Positions 1 to 9,128 of a stretch of DNA of 64,000 nucleotides are shown one piece after another. Origin of the DNA: Nitrospirota bacterium. Lineage in GTDB: Bacteria; Nitrospirota; UBA9217. Location of the stretch: positions 256,001 to 320,000 of the forward strand of contig CAVVUN010000008.1 of NCBI GenBank assembly GCA_963751455.1. Reading direction: 5' to 3'. A program made the position numbers and the translations under genes. The notes below the pieces were generated by a model. The model had not been told where the DNA came from, searched no databases, and worked only from the letters and a program-made list of their open reading frames with translations. How positions within the stretch are numbered: the first letter of the stretch is position 1; the number at the start of each line of letters is the position of its first letter.

Positions 1-537
1 GATCTGCGCTTCATTACCGCAACCAACCGTGATCTGAAGACGGCATGCAGCCGCAGCAACTTTCGTGAGGACCTGTACTACCGTCTGAACGTCATTAATG
101 TGCATCTGCCCCCTCTTCGGGAACGGATGGAGGATGTTCCGCTCCTGGCAAAGCACTTTGTCCAGAAACACGCGCCGAAAAGAAAAGACATCCTGATCAA
201 GTGCTTAAGCGGCGAGGCTATGAGCGTTCTGCTCGAGCATGCCTACCCTGGTAATGTCCGGGAACTTGAAAACATCATCGAGAGGGCGATCTCGTTCGCT
301 AATACCTCCGAAGTCCTGCCGTCTGACCTGCCTGCCTCTCTCCGGGAGACCCCGCCTGTGTTCAGGCCGAGGCCTGCAGCAACCCGCTTGAAAGAAGCGT
401 TGTCCAATGTTGAGAAAGAAACAATCTCCACCGCCCTCCTTGAAGCAAAAGGCAATATTTCCCGCGCAGCTTCCGCTCTTGGCATGTACCGTCAGCAACT
501 CCAGCGAAAAATCAAACAATACAAGATAGCTTTATAG
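1..537 (+). CDS. sigma54-dependent Fis-family activator, C-terminal part (5' truncated by window edge)
   Basis: Frame open from base 1: DLRFITATNRDL...[11 protein letters not shown]...[10 protein letters not shown], then Fis-type HTH (GNISRAASALG). Confidence 0.93.
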   Translation, partial: DLRFITATNRDLKTACSRSNFREDLYYRLNVINVHLPPLRERMEDVPLLAKHFVQKHAPKRKDILIKCLSGEAMSVLLEHAYPGNVRELENIIERAISFANTSEVLPSDLPASLRETPPVFRPRPAATRLKEALSNVEKETISTALLEAKGNISRAASALGMYRQQLQRKIKQYKIAL

Positions 538-855
538 TCATTGATTCCCCTTTCGTGTATATCAGCGAAAGGGTACGACAACGAGTCTACGCCTCACCTT
601 GATTCCCGTCTCCCGCTCCTCAGGGAGATGGTAGGTAAAGGGTCTAAGCCTCTCCTTGTCCTTGATTCCTTCGTCTCTTAGAATAAGGGTAGGACACTAA
701 GATCTTTTTTTCGTTCCCCTGGCCTTTCACCCCTAACTCCCATGACTCTCTTTTACCCTCTACTTAGAACCGTTAGAGGGTGAAGCAAGAAGAGCAACAT
801 AATATTATTGCCGCATTTAATTGTTGCACCATAAACCGCGCTAAGCGTGGTTTAT

Positions 856-1019
856 CCTAAAAACGGCATTTGGACACGGATGAACACGGAAATAACGGAT
901 AAAAACAGTGCGCTAGAACAAAATAACATCTCGCCCTTTTGGAGAATTATGAAAGAGTTGTATATCTTTGTAAATACGTGTTAATCAGATTTTATCCGTG
1001 TCCAAAAGCTCTTTTCAGG
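856..1019. mobile_element. 164-bp MITE, CCT...AGG family (CACGGAT arms)
   Basis: Imperfect ~26-bp terminal inverted repeats; flanked by TTTAT (851-855, 1020-1024); identical to 27867-28030. Confidence 0.9.
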
Positions 1020-1102
1020 TTTATTTGTTTTTAAGTGCACGATTGAATTGCACCATTCAAATAAATTATAATTTTATTGTGCTTTTTCAATTAGTTACTT
1101 AT

Positions 1103-1118
1103 TGGCATCGCTCTTGTA
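1103..1118 (+). promoter_or_regulatory. putative sigma54 -24/-12 promoter
   Basis: TGGCAT-CGCTC-TTGTA versus consensus TGGCAC-N5-TTGCA with correct spacing; flanked by sigma54 activator genes. Confidence 0.55.
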
Positions 1119-1183
1119 AATACAATGTCAACGACTCGAACACAGCAAACCAGAAATAATCGAAATCAAAAAACGGAGGGAGC

Positions 1184-1360
1184 ATGAGAAAACTCATGAA
1201 AAAGCTTGAAGACATGATGGTTGCGGTGACCTTCGCAGAATCCGGTGAATATGATGACGCAGCACGATATTTGGGAGATTCTGACTCTCGTTCGGATGAG
1301 GAAACCGGAAAGCATATGCATGATGTGAAAAAACCTGCGTACGAAGTTCCGCGTAAGTAA
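1184..1360 (+). CDS. 58-aa small protein (MRKLMKKLEDMMVAVTFAESGEYDDAARYL...)
   Basis: GGAGG RBS, ATG 1184, TAA 1358-1360; below the length cutoff of the ORF track. Confidence 0.7.
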   Translation: MRKLMKKLEDMMVAVTFAESGEYDDAARYLGDSDSRSDEETGKHMHDVKKPAYEVPRK

Positions 1361-1453
1361 TAGTAGTCTTCGGTCACAAAATCACTCATACGGGAATCAA
1401 TTGAAACCCGTTTTTTTTACAAGTTTAAAAAGATTATAAGGACATAAAGAACT

Positions 1454-2218
1454 ATGCATATGACAATGCAAAAGATGGTAGACAGGGATGGTCTGCAAAA
1501 GCTTTACGTCCAGATGTTTTCAATAATCAAGGAAAAAATAGAAAAGCGGGAATGGCCGGACGGTTCGCAGATCCCGACTGAAGATGAACTCTGTAAAGCG
1601 TACGACATCAGCAAAGCAACCGTGCGCATGGCTGTTTCGGAACTGGTCAGAAAAGGCTTTCTGAAAAAACAGCAGGGAAAAGGCACGTTCGTTACTCATG
1701 GCCAGCAGGACTTGGGCGTTACGATGAAGACGAAGCTGACCGAAGACATGTTTGGAGAGGGGGTGAAGACGAGGAAGGAAATGCTTTCAAGAGGAATTAA
1801 AGATACACCTGACGAAATGAAGAAGTTTCTTTCATCAGCGGGGAATGGGAATGAGGTAAAGGAGCTGTTCTACGTTCTCTGCAGGAGAGTCGTCAACGGC
1901 GAGACGGCCTATCTTGAAGAGTCGTACATCCCGACAGCTGTGTTTCCGGGGATCGAGCATGAAGATATTTGCCAAAGACCTTTTTACGATCTGATCCAGG
2001 AAAAAGGGGTCAGGAAGATTTCCAAAGTGGTGCAGACAATCGAGGTGTCGGAAGCTCGCGGCGAGACCGCAGCCCTCTTGAAGGTTCCGGAGGGGTCGCC
2101 GGCACTCCTGCTTCACCGGCTGCTTATGGGATCGGATTCGACCCTGATCGCTTACACCAGGCTTCTCGGTATCGGAACGAAATATAAAATTCAGACGGAG
2201 TTTGAACGAATAAAATGA
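1454..2218 (+). CDS. GntR family regulator, HutC/UTRA subfamily
   Basis: IPTEDELCKAYDISKATVRMAV...QGKGTFV winged helix plus C-terminal UTRA-like domain; exact start uncertain. Confidence 0.92.
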   Translation: MHMTMQKMVDRDGLQKLYVQMFSIIKEKIEKREWPDGSQIPTEDELCKAYDISKATVRMAVSELVRKGFLKKQQGKGTFVTHGQQDLGVTMKTKLTEDMFGEGVKTRKEMLSRGIKDTPDEMKKFLSSAGNGNEVKELFYVLCRRVVNGETAYLEESYIPTAVFPGIEHEDICQRPFYDLIQEKGVRKISKVVQTIEVSEARGETAALLKVPEGSPALLLHRLLMGSDSTLIAYTRLLGIGTKYKIQTEFERIK

Positions 2219-2349
2219 AGGTTTCGCAGAAAATGAAAAGCCGTCAACCTTTGACAAGCTCATGAAGAAACTGTGAGCGAAAGCCAAAGGTCCTTCAAAC
2301 GACTGAGCACAAATCCATTGAGAATTAATTAACTATAAAGGAGGGTATC

Positions 2350-3633
2350 ATGAATGTAGCACGAAGGGTATTTGAGTTTTTAAAGTTGTCCTCCCAGGCG
2401 CATGCGCGCTGGGACTATGAAGTGTCCATGAGCATCATTCACAACAGGAAGAGGCTCCTGATCTTTCTCGCTGCGCTGCTGCCGATTGCACTCGTCATGT
2501 TTGCAGAAGCGGGTGACATGATCGGAAGCAAGACTGCGTATGCACCCGCATTCTACTCAACGAACATCTTCCTGGTCTCGATTGCGATCGGCCTTTGTGC
2601 AGGTTTGATCACGGGCTGCATCGGCGCGGGCGGAGGTTTCATCATCACGCCGGCGCTCATGGCCGCGGGCGTAAAAGGTATTCTTGCGGTTGGAACAGAC
2701 CTCTTCCACATATTCGCAAAAGCGATCATGGGAACGACGGTCCATAAAAAGCTCGGCAACGTCTCGGTTAAGCTTGCTGTCGCGTTCCTGGTCGGCTCGG
2801 CCGGCGGCACCTTCATCGGCGGGTATATCAATAAGACGCTCTATGACAGTGACCCGCTGCTGTCCGAAGCTTTCATCAGCCTGGTCTATGCGATTCTGCT
2901 CGGGTTTCTCGGCTTCTACGCGCTTATAGACTTTCTGAAGTCCCGCAAGGGCAAGGACTCGGGGGACGCTCATGGCGGATCCTCAGGCATGACCGATCTT
3001 TCACGCAAGGTCCAGAACATCAAGATGCCGCCCCAGATCACCTTTGATGAGGACTACGTGCCCGGCGGCAGAAAAATATCCGGCGTCATTGTGGCTCTCG
3101 GCGGCATCGTCGTCGGTCTTTTGGCCGCGATTATGGGCGTCGGCGGCGGGTTCGTCACCTTCCCGATGTTCGTCTATGTCTTCGGCGTTTCCTCCATGAC
3201 GACCGTGGGAACCGACATTCTGCAGATCATCTTTACAGCCGGCCTTGCCGCGATCTCCCAGTACGCAATCTACGGCTACGTGTTCTACACTTTGGCCATG
3301 GGAATGCTGCTCGGTTCTCTGATCGGGATCCAGGTAGGCGCACTGACAACCAAGGTAGTGAAGGGCATACACATCCGCGGCTTCTATGCGGTTTCAATCA
3401 TTGCCGGCTTTATCAACCGCGCCGCAACGCTTCCCAAGAAGATGGTGGAACTCGAGATGATCAACGTGTCACAGCCTGTGGTCAAGGGCATTGAGACCGC
3501 GGGTAACGTCATATTCTGGATAGTAGTAAGTCTATTCGCAGCCTGGGTCATTGGAAAGTTCATTGCCAATATCGACAAACTTCGTGGTGAGGATGAACAC
3601 GCTGCACCAGTGCTGGCAAAGGAGGAGGCGTAA
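2350..3633 (+). CDS. TauE/SafE (TSUP) family membrane transporter
   Basis: Duplicated GAGGGF / GVGGGF and AVGTD / TVGTD motifs, many TM segments, RBS AGGAGG. Confidence 0.9.
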   Translation: MNVARRVFEFLKLSSQAHARWDYEVSMSIIHNRKRLLIFLAALLPIALVMFAEAGDMIGSKTAYAPAFYSTNIFLVSIAIGLCAGLITGCIGAGGGFIITPALMAAGVKGILAVGTDLFHIFAKAIMGTTVHKKLGNVSVKLAVAFLVGSAGGTFIGGYINKTLYDSDPLLSEAFISLVYAILLGFLGFYALIDFLKSRKGKDSGDAHGGSSGMTDLSRKVQNIKMPPQITFDEDYVPGGRKISGVIVALGGIVVGLLAAIMGVGGGFVTFPMFVYVFGVSSMTTVGTDILQIIFTAGLAAISQYAIYGYVFYTLAMGMLLGSLIGIQVGALTTKVVKGIHIRGFYAVSIIAGFINRAATLPKKMVELEMINVSQPVVKGIETAGNVIFWIVVSLFAAWVIGKFIANIDKLRGEDEHAAPVLAKEEA

Positions 3634-3634
3634 C

Positions 3635-4345
3635 ATGTTGATCAGAAATCCAAAGATGTTCAATCTAGGAGCATTATTTGCGGTCACCTTTTTGGGGGTG
3701 CTTTTCACGATCTTTTCCCCGGTGTTTGAGGGAAAAAACGGGCTGCAATTCGCGGATGAAAGCTTTAACAAGCTGGCGAAAGGCTCCTCGTATTTCATCC
3801 CGAAGGTCGCAAGATCCGTCCAGGAGTTCAGCGGTAAACCGATGACAGTCAGCATAACTCTTGATAAGAGCGAGGACGCCGTTAATGCCGAGAAGATCCT
3901 GAGCGTTGCCGGCGCAAAAGTGACCCGCAACAATTCAGCACTTACGGTGGAAGGCGATGTCGCAATAATCTTGAGAAGCGCGCTCAGGGACGCTGATGCC
4001 ATGTACAACAATGACGGCAAGGCCGTGAATGAGCGCTACGGAATGGACGAAAAACAGGCGCTCAAGTCCTGGTGGACTACGTTGGGCAAGATCGAGAAAC
4101 AGATGAAAAAAGACAAAAATATCGAAACCGCTAGGGTCATTTCTGAGGTGAATAAAAAAGCGGTGGAACCCGGCTACAACTTCTACAAAGTAGAAGCCAA
4201 CAAGGTTATAGACCACGCGGGGATGTTGTCAGGCCTCCTCGTCTTCTATGTCGCCTATACGATGTGGTGGGGCTTCGCCATTTTCTATCTCTTCGACGGG
4301 ATCGGCCTGACCATGAAGAAGGCCAAGGTCAAGAAAGAGGCGTAA
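3635..4345 (+). CDS. conserved membrane protein coupled to the TauE gene
   Basis: ATG 1 nt after the upstream stop with GGAGG RBS; N- and C-terminal TM helices around a soluble loop. Confidence 0.8.
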   Translation: MLIRNPKMFNLGALFAVTFLGVLFTIFSPVFEGKNGLQFADESFNKLAKGSSYFIPKVARSVQEFSGKPMTVSITLDKSEDAVNAEKILSVAGAKVTRNNSALTVEGDVAIILRSALRDADAMYNNDGKAVNERYGMDEKQALKSWWTTLGKIEKQMKKDKNIETARVISEVNKKAVEPGYNFYKVEANKVIDHAGMLSGLLVFYVAYTMWWGFAIFYLFDGIGLTMKKAKVKKEA

Positions 4346-4378
4346 TTGAAACATACACGTCTTTAAGCTAAAATGCTC

Positions 4379-4413
4379 CAGGAGCCTGGTTAACCAGGCT
4401 CCTGTTTATTTTT
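4379..4413 (+). terminator. intrinsic terminator
   Basis: Palindrome CAGGAGCCTGGTTAACCAGGCTCCTG followed by a T-rich tract. Confidence 0.75.
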
Positions 4414-4547
4414 AGACCGGCTTAAGTTGATCGCAGTGGTTTTCGTGCCGTGCTACGAAATGATCGAGCTCCAATTGAGAGCAGTTCGAAACGCCTCTTT
4501 GGCCCACCTTTCGCTTGGATTGCGTCAATAGCCAAGCCCCTTAATTT

Positions 4548-4577
4548 TTGACTTTTTCGCCGTTTGTGGGCTATAAT
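4548..4577 (+). promoter_or_regulatory. sigma70 promoter
   Basis: TTGACT-N18-TATAAT. Confidence 0.6.
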
Positions 4578-4586
4578 CAGTCCTGT

Positions 4587-6254
4587 ATGAAAATACGGGA
4601 CAAACTGCTTCTCGGCTTCGGCTTGTATATCCTTCTTGCTGTGGTATTAGGGTTTTTTACATATAAATCGCTCAAGTCGATCAGCACCAGCCTGGTCCTT
4701 CTCGAAACGGCAGATGATATCACCAACAATATGCTCGAGGTGCGCAGATACGAAAAAAATTACCTTCTGTATAAAAAGCAGCGGGACTTCGAAGAGCTCA
4801 AAAACTATCTCGGGGTCCTGAAAAAATCGATAGACAATATCAGGGCGGAAATCATCATTGAAATTCAGGAACCCAACTATGAGGCCGTGAAAAAGTCTAT
4901 TGCCCACTACGAGGCATTAATTGACCAGCTTTCTCAAAATTATGCATCGCAGGCGGAATTCGTGTCCCGCGCTATCCCGACCGGAAGAAACATTGAACGG
5001 CAGTTGGTGACCAGAGCAGACCTGGTGGCATTTCTCACCCTGAGGCGGCATGAACGCAACGTGATGCTGTACCGGAACACGGCTTCCTGGGAAGCGTTTT
5101 CGCGAGAGGCAGCATCTGCTGCTCTCAGCAAAGTTCCAGAAATGGGGCGCTATCGCACCCTGGTCCGTAATCTCTACCTGCTTTATCAAAACGAAAATGA
5201 ATCCGTGGAGAAGATGCGCCTGACCGCACGCGAGATACAGTCATTCACAGAGAATCTCGCCAAAGAAGAACGGGAAAAAATCCATACGATGGTCAGGATG
5301 TCGATTCAGCTCCTGCTCATCGCACTTGCATTGATCCTTGTCTTCGGTACGATTATCAACGTAAAGCTTGCGACCAGCATCGCGAATCCCATCAGGATGC
5401 TTGAAAAAATAGCAAAGAAGATCGCCGAAGGCGATTTCTCCGAAGCAATCGAGGTCAAGGGTAAAGACGAACTGGCATCGCTCAAGATAGCCTTTAACCA
5501 GATGGAGGATCGGCTCAAGAGCGCGCTCTGGTCTCTTGAACATACCATCAATAAATTGAGGGAGAAGCAGTCGCAGCTAGTCGAGGCTGAGAAGCTGGCA
5601 TCCGTGGGTAAGCTTGCTGCGGGGATCGCGCATGAGATAAACAACCCGCTTACTGCCGTATTGACCTTCTCCAACCTCATGCTGGAACAATGTCCGCCAA
5701 GCGATCCGCGGCATGGAAAGCTCAAATTGATGGTACGGGAGACCGACCGGGCGCGAAATATTGTGCGACAGTTGCTCAACTTCGGGCGCGAAATCGTTAT
5801 AAAGCCTGTACGGATCAACATCAATCAGCCAATTTCGGAAATCGCGGACTCCCTTGCAGCGCAAGACGCTTTCAAGGGCCTCGAGCTCAGAATGAACTTG
5901 GCCGATAATCTGCCGGAAATCAACGCAGATCCTCCTCAAATCGGTCAAGTGGTGATGAATATTCTCCTGAACGCGATCCACGCCATTACCCCGCCGGGCA
6001 CAATCGAGATCAACACGCGGTTGAATGGGAGTGACGTTGAAATCGCTTTTTCGGATACGGGCAGCGGCATCGCCGAGGAGCATGTCCACAAGATATTTGA
6101 TCCTTTTTTTACCACAAAGGGCGTGTCAAAGGGAACGGGCTTGGGGCTTGCCGTAAGCTATGGTATTGTCAAGAAACATGGCGGGGATATCGAGGTCTCG
6201 AGTAAAGTGGGAAAAGGAACGACGTTTACGGTGAGACTGCCGGTAACTGCGTAA
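4587..6254 (+). CDS. membrane sensor histidine kinase (HAMP, HisKA, HATPase)
   Basis: Two TM helices, HAMP, H-box AHEINNPL, N/G1/F/G2 boxes (DTGSGI, FDPFFTTK, GTGLGL). Confidence 0.95.
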   Translation: MKIRDKLLLGFGLYILLAVVLGFFTYKSLKSISTSLVLLETADDITNNMLEVRRYEKNYLLYKKQRDFEELKNYLGVLKKSIDNIRAEIIIEIQEPNYEAVKKSIAHYEALIDQLSQNYASQAEFVSRAIPTGRNIERQLVTRADLVAFLTLRRHERNVMLYRNTASWEAFSREAASAALSKVPEMGRYRTLVRNLYLLYQNENESVEKMRLTAREIQSFTENLAKEEREKIHTMVRMSIQLLLIALALILVFGTIINVKLATSIANPIRMLEKIAKKIAEGDFSEAIEVKGKDELASLKIAFNQMEDRLKSALWSLEHTINKLREKQSQLVEAEKLASVGKLAAGIAHEINNPLTAVLTFSNLMLEQCPPSDPRHGKLKLMVRETDRARNIVRQLLNFGREIVIKPVRININQPISEIADSLAAQDAFKGLELRMNLADNLPEINADPPQIGQVVMNILLNAIHAITPPGTIEINTRLNGSDVEIAFSDTGSGIAEEHVHKIFDPFFTTKGVSKGTGLGLAVSYGIVKKHGGDIEVSSKVGKGTTFTVRLPVTA

Positions 6255-6272
6255 TTGTAGGGACGTTTCGCT

Positions 6273-6342
6273 GAGTTCGGAGCGGCGAGTGCAGAGTGCG
6301 GAATGAAAAGTCGTTACAAGGCACAAGCTACGAGCTATAGCG
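6273..6342. repeat. degenerate 7-bp-period intergenic array
   Basis: GAGTTCG GAGCGGC GAGTGCA GAGTGCG GAATGAA, then TACAAGG CACAAGC TACGAGC TATAGCG. Confidence 0.55.
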
Positions 6343-6357
6343 ACCGGAGGCCGGCTT

Positions 6358-7749
6358 ATGGACAAATTTAAAGCAATCGTAGTGGATGACGAACCTGGCG
6401 TGTGCGAGGCGGTCAAGGCGATCCTGGAGATCGAAGGGATCGATGTAGTCACTTTTCTTGACAGTGTCGCTGCAGCTGACCAAATCAGGAACAATGCATA
6501 CGATCTGATCATCTCGGACCTCAAGATGCCGAAAATGGATGGGCTTCAACTGTATGATGCGATCAAGGACGCTTCTCCAAGCAGCACCTTCATCATCATA
6601 ACCGCTTTTGGAACGATTCCTTCCGCGGTAGACGCGATCAAGAAAGGCATCTACGATTACATTCCAAAACCCTTCACTCCGGATGAAGTGAGAATACCGA
6701 TCAGGCGGGCACTTCAGAAACGACGGTTGGAGCGGGAAAATCTGACGCTCAAGAGCCAGATCGAAAGCAGGTATTCCTTTCAGAATATCATAGGCAACAG
6801 CGCCGAGATCCGTGAGACGTTCCGGGTTATGCGGCATGCCGCGTCAAGCGAGAGCAATGTGCTTATAACCGGCGAAAGCGGGACCGGCAAGGAGCTGGTC
6901 GCCCGTGCCATCCATTCCAACAGTGTGCGGGTCAGGCGAAAATTCATCATTGTGAACTGCGGCGCCCTGCCGGAGGGTCTCATCGAATCCGAGCTGTTCG
7001 GCCATGTGAAAGGATCATTCACGAACGCGATTGCCGATAAAAAGGGTCTTGTCGAGGAAGCAGACAAGGGCACTCTGTTTTTGGACGAGATCGGGGAGCT
7101 TTCCGCGCCGCTTCAGGTAAAACTGCTGCGTGTTCTGCAGCAAGGCGAGTTCACCCGCATCGGCGAGACCCAGACCCGGAGCGTAAATGTCCGGGTCATC
7201 GCGGCAACGAATAAGAACCTCAAGAAGGGCATCGCGGACAAGTCCTTCCGGGAAGACCTTTATTACCGCCTCAACGTGATTCCGATAGAGCTACCCACAT
7301 TGAGAAGGAGGCAGGAGGATGTTCCGCTCCTGGTGAACCATTTCATAGAGAAGCACAAATCACGCGCTCCGGAAAAGAAAATTACGGGAATTGCCAAGGA
7401 GGGGATGCAGGCGCTCCTCAACTACCACTTTCCGGGCAATGTACGGGAACTTGAGAACTGCATCGAGTACGCCGTCGCTTTTACCGCGGGCCCCATTGTG
7501 CTCAGAGAGGACCTGCCCAGGTACATCCTCGAGGAGAGGAAACTCGGACAGGAAGCGCAGGCAATACCGATCATGCCTTTGAAGGACGCGAAAGGTCAGT
7601 TCGAGAAAAGCCTTATCATCGCAGCGCTGGTTGAATCAGGCGGGAATATATCCGAGGCAGCCCGCCTGCTGAATGTTCATCGGCAGAACCTCCAGCAGAA
7701 GATTCATCTGCTCGGCATCGATCTCTCCTCGATTTCACCGTCGCGGTGA
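6358..7749 (+). CDS. NtrC-family sigma54 response regulator
   Basis: REC domain (DD, DLKMP), [22 protein letters not shown], Fis HTH. Confidence 0.95.
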   Translation: MDKFKAIVVDDEPGVCEAVKAILEIEGIDVVTFLDSVAAADQIRNNAYDLIISDLKMPKMDGLQLYDAIKDASPSSTFIIITAFGTIPSAVDAIKKGIYDYIPKPFTPDEVRIPIRRALQKRRLERENLTLKSQIESRYSFQNIIGNSAEIRETFRVMRHAASSESNVLITGESGTGKELVARAIHSNSVRVRRKFIIVNCGALPEGLIESELFGHVKGSFTNAIADKKGLVEEADKGTLFLDEIGELSAPLQVKLLRVLQQGEFTRIGETQTRSVNVRVIAATNKNLKKGIADKSFREDLYYRLNVIPIELPTLRRRQEDVPLLVNHFIEKHKSRAPEKKITGIAKEGMQALLNYHFPGNVRELENCIEYAVAFTAGPIVLREDLPRYILEERKLGQEAQAIPIMPLKDAKGQFEKSLIIAALVESGGNISEAARLLNVHRQNLQQKIHLLGIDLSSISPSR

Positions 7750-7756
7750 AGTCTAT

Positions 7757-8030
7757 ATCCGCAGATTCCGCTGATTTCACAGATTAAACCCGCAAAAATG
7801 GGAACCAAACCGCTCAGCCACAGAGCGTATAAGGGACACCGAGAAGAAACAAAACTATGTTGGGACGCAGATGAACGCAGGTTGGCGCAGATAAATAAAG
7901 TCCTTTGAAAAGCGATTAAATATTCCTGCTTTATCTGCGTTTATCCGATTTTTCTGCGTCCCAATGTCTTTTTAGAATATTGATAGTTGGGTATTTATTT
8001 GGGATTTGTTATTTAGGATCCGGAATTTTT
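7757..8030. repeat. cluster of repeat remnants: CGCAGAT half-arm, CACAGAG remnant, CCT-family-like palindrome (~7850-7975), 7-mer array
   Basis: TTGGGACGCAGATGAACGCAG...TCTGCGTTTATCCGATTTTTCTGCGTCCCAA matches the right arms at 21075-21252 and 61594-61793. Confidence 0.7.
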
Positions 8031-8848
8031 CTATCCCAGTCTCTCGAAACCAGTTTAACAGCATTCGCACCGCAGGCTGTCCGGCACAAACCGCATCCAA
8101 AACATTTGGAGGAATCTACGCGGGCGGGAGAGCCCGGCGTCCGTGCAACACTATCGATTGCATGAAAATGGCACCGCTCGGCGCAAAGGCCGCACCCCGT
8201 GCATAAGGCAGTATCAATGCTTGCCGTGAATTCGGCCCGCTCCATGGTTTCAACACCCGCACCGGACAGGGTCCTCATCGCAAGACAGTCCGCCGGAGAA
8301 CAGTTGCAGATAGCTCCGATAAAGGGCGTCATCATGGTCCATATGGTATGGACCGATCCCCGTGCCTCCATCGCTTCCATCTGGGCTATCGCCTCACTCG
8401 GCGCGAGTGACTCAAGTCCGGCATCCGGCGCTGTCCCAAAGTAACTCATGTCGATCCGGTTATACCACGCTTCGGAGCCATAGCTGACAGCATAGCAGCA
8501 TCGTTCTTCTTTTTTACCGATATTCCACCTGCACGCACACGGCATGCGCACGACAGTCTGTGCCTTCCGGACCACGGCGCCGATCTCTTCCATGGGCAGC
8601 ACCTGGCCGAAGTGCTCCTTCCTGGCCTTGGCAATGATGGCTTTTGCTACGGCATCCGGAAGTTTTCCTTTTTTCCGGTAAATTGTTTCAAGCCTGCCTA
8701 GCGCCTGGAAGCCCTCCTGGAACGCGGACGTAAGAAAGTTTTCCACATAACGGCGACGCTCAAGATCGGCAAGAAGGTCCTGGGCATAATTTTTCGCATT
8801 CTTATACCAGGTTTTCCCTTCGCCGTGCTGTGTACATAAATCGCACAT
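8009..8848 (-). CDS. 4Fe-4S ferredoxin-domain protein
   Basis: Two CxxCxxCxxxC motifs at the C-terminus, plus CACR and CNC motifs. Confidence 0.88.
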   Translation of the reverse strand: MCDLCTQHGEGKTWYKNAKNYAQDLLADLERRRYVENFLTSAFQEGFQALGRLETIYRKKGKLPDAVAKAIIAKARKEHFGQVLPMEEIGAVVRKAQTVVRMPCACRWNIGKKEERCCYAVSYGSEAWYNRIDMSYFGTAPDAGLESLAPSEAIAQMEAMEARGSVHTIWTMMTPFIGAICNCSPADCLAMRTLSGAGVETMERAEFTASIDTALCTGCGLCAERCHFHAIDSVARTPGSPARVDSSKCFGCGLCRTACGANAVKLVSRDWDRKIPDPK

Positions 8849-8990
8849 AAAGTGGCTCCCGATCAAAAATTTCAGCCTTCCGCCGAGAAATATCCGCCGG
8901 AACTCCGGACGAAATCCCTTTACGTTGTACTATAAAACAGTGCGAAAAACAAGAGCCGCCTCATAGTCTGTCTGCATCTGTTTCATACTT

Positions 8991-9121
8991 GATGATTTCG
9001 TAAAAAAGCAAATTTTCACACGGAGCCACAAAGATCACAAAGAAAATCATCTTAGAATTAAAGCTTTTCCCCTTCGTGACTTCGTGGCTTTGTGTGAGAC
9101 ATGACTTTTTACGACTTTACT
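8991..9121. mobile_element. 131-bp MITE with ends like the adjacent IS
   Basis: GATGATTTCGTAAAAAAG...CTTTTTACGACTTTACT, flanked by ATACTT (8985-8990, 9122-9127); internal CACAAAG-type 9-bp arms. Confidence 0.8.
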
Positions 9122-9128
9122 ATACTTT

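Noticed and set aside
541-700. CRISPR, type III antitoxin or SECIS reading of the TTGATTCC units
   Set aside because: The conserved part is too short, no cas or toxin gene is adjacent, and the 58-nt spacing puts the TGAs out of frame with no ORF leading into them.
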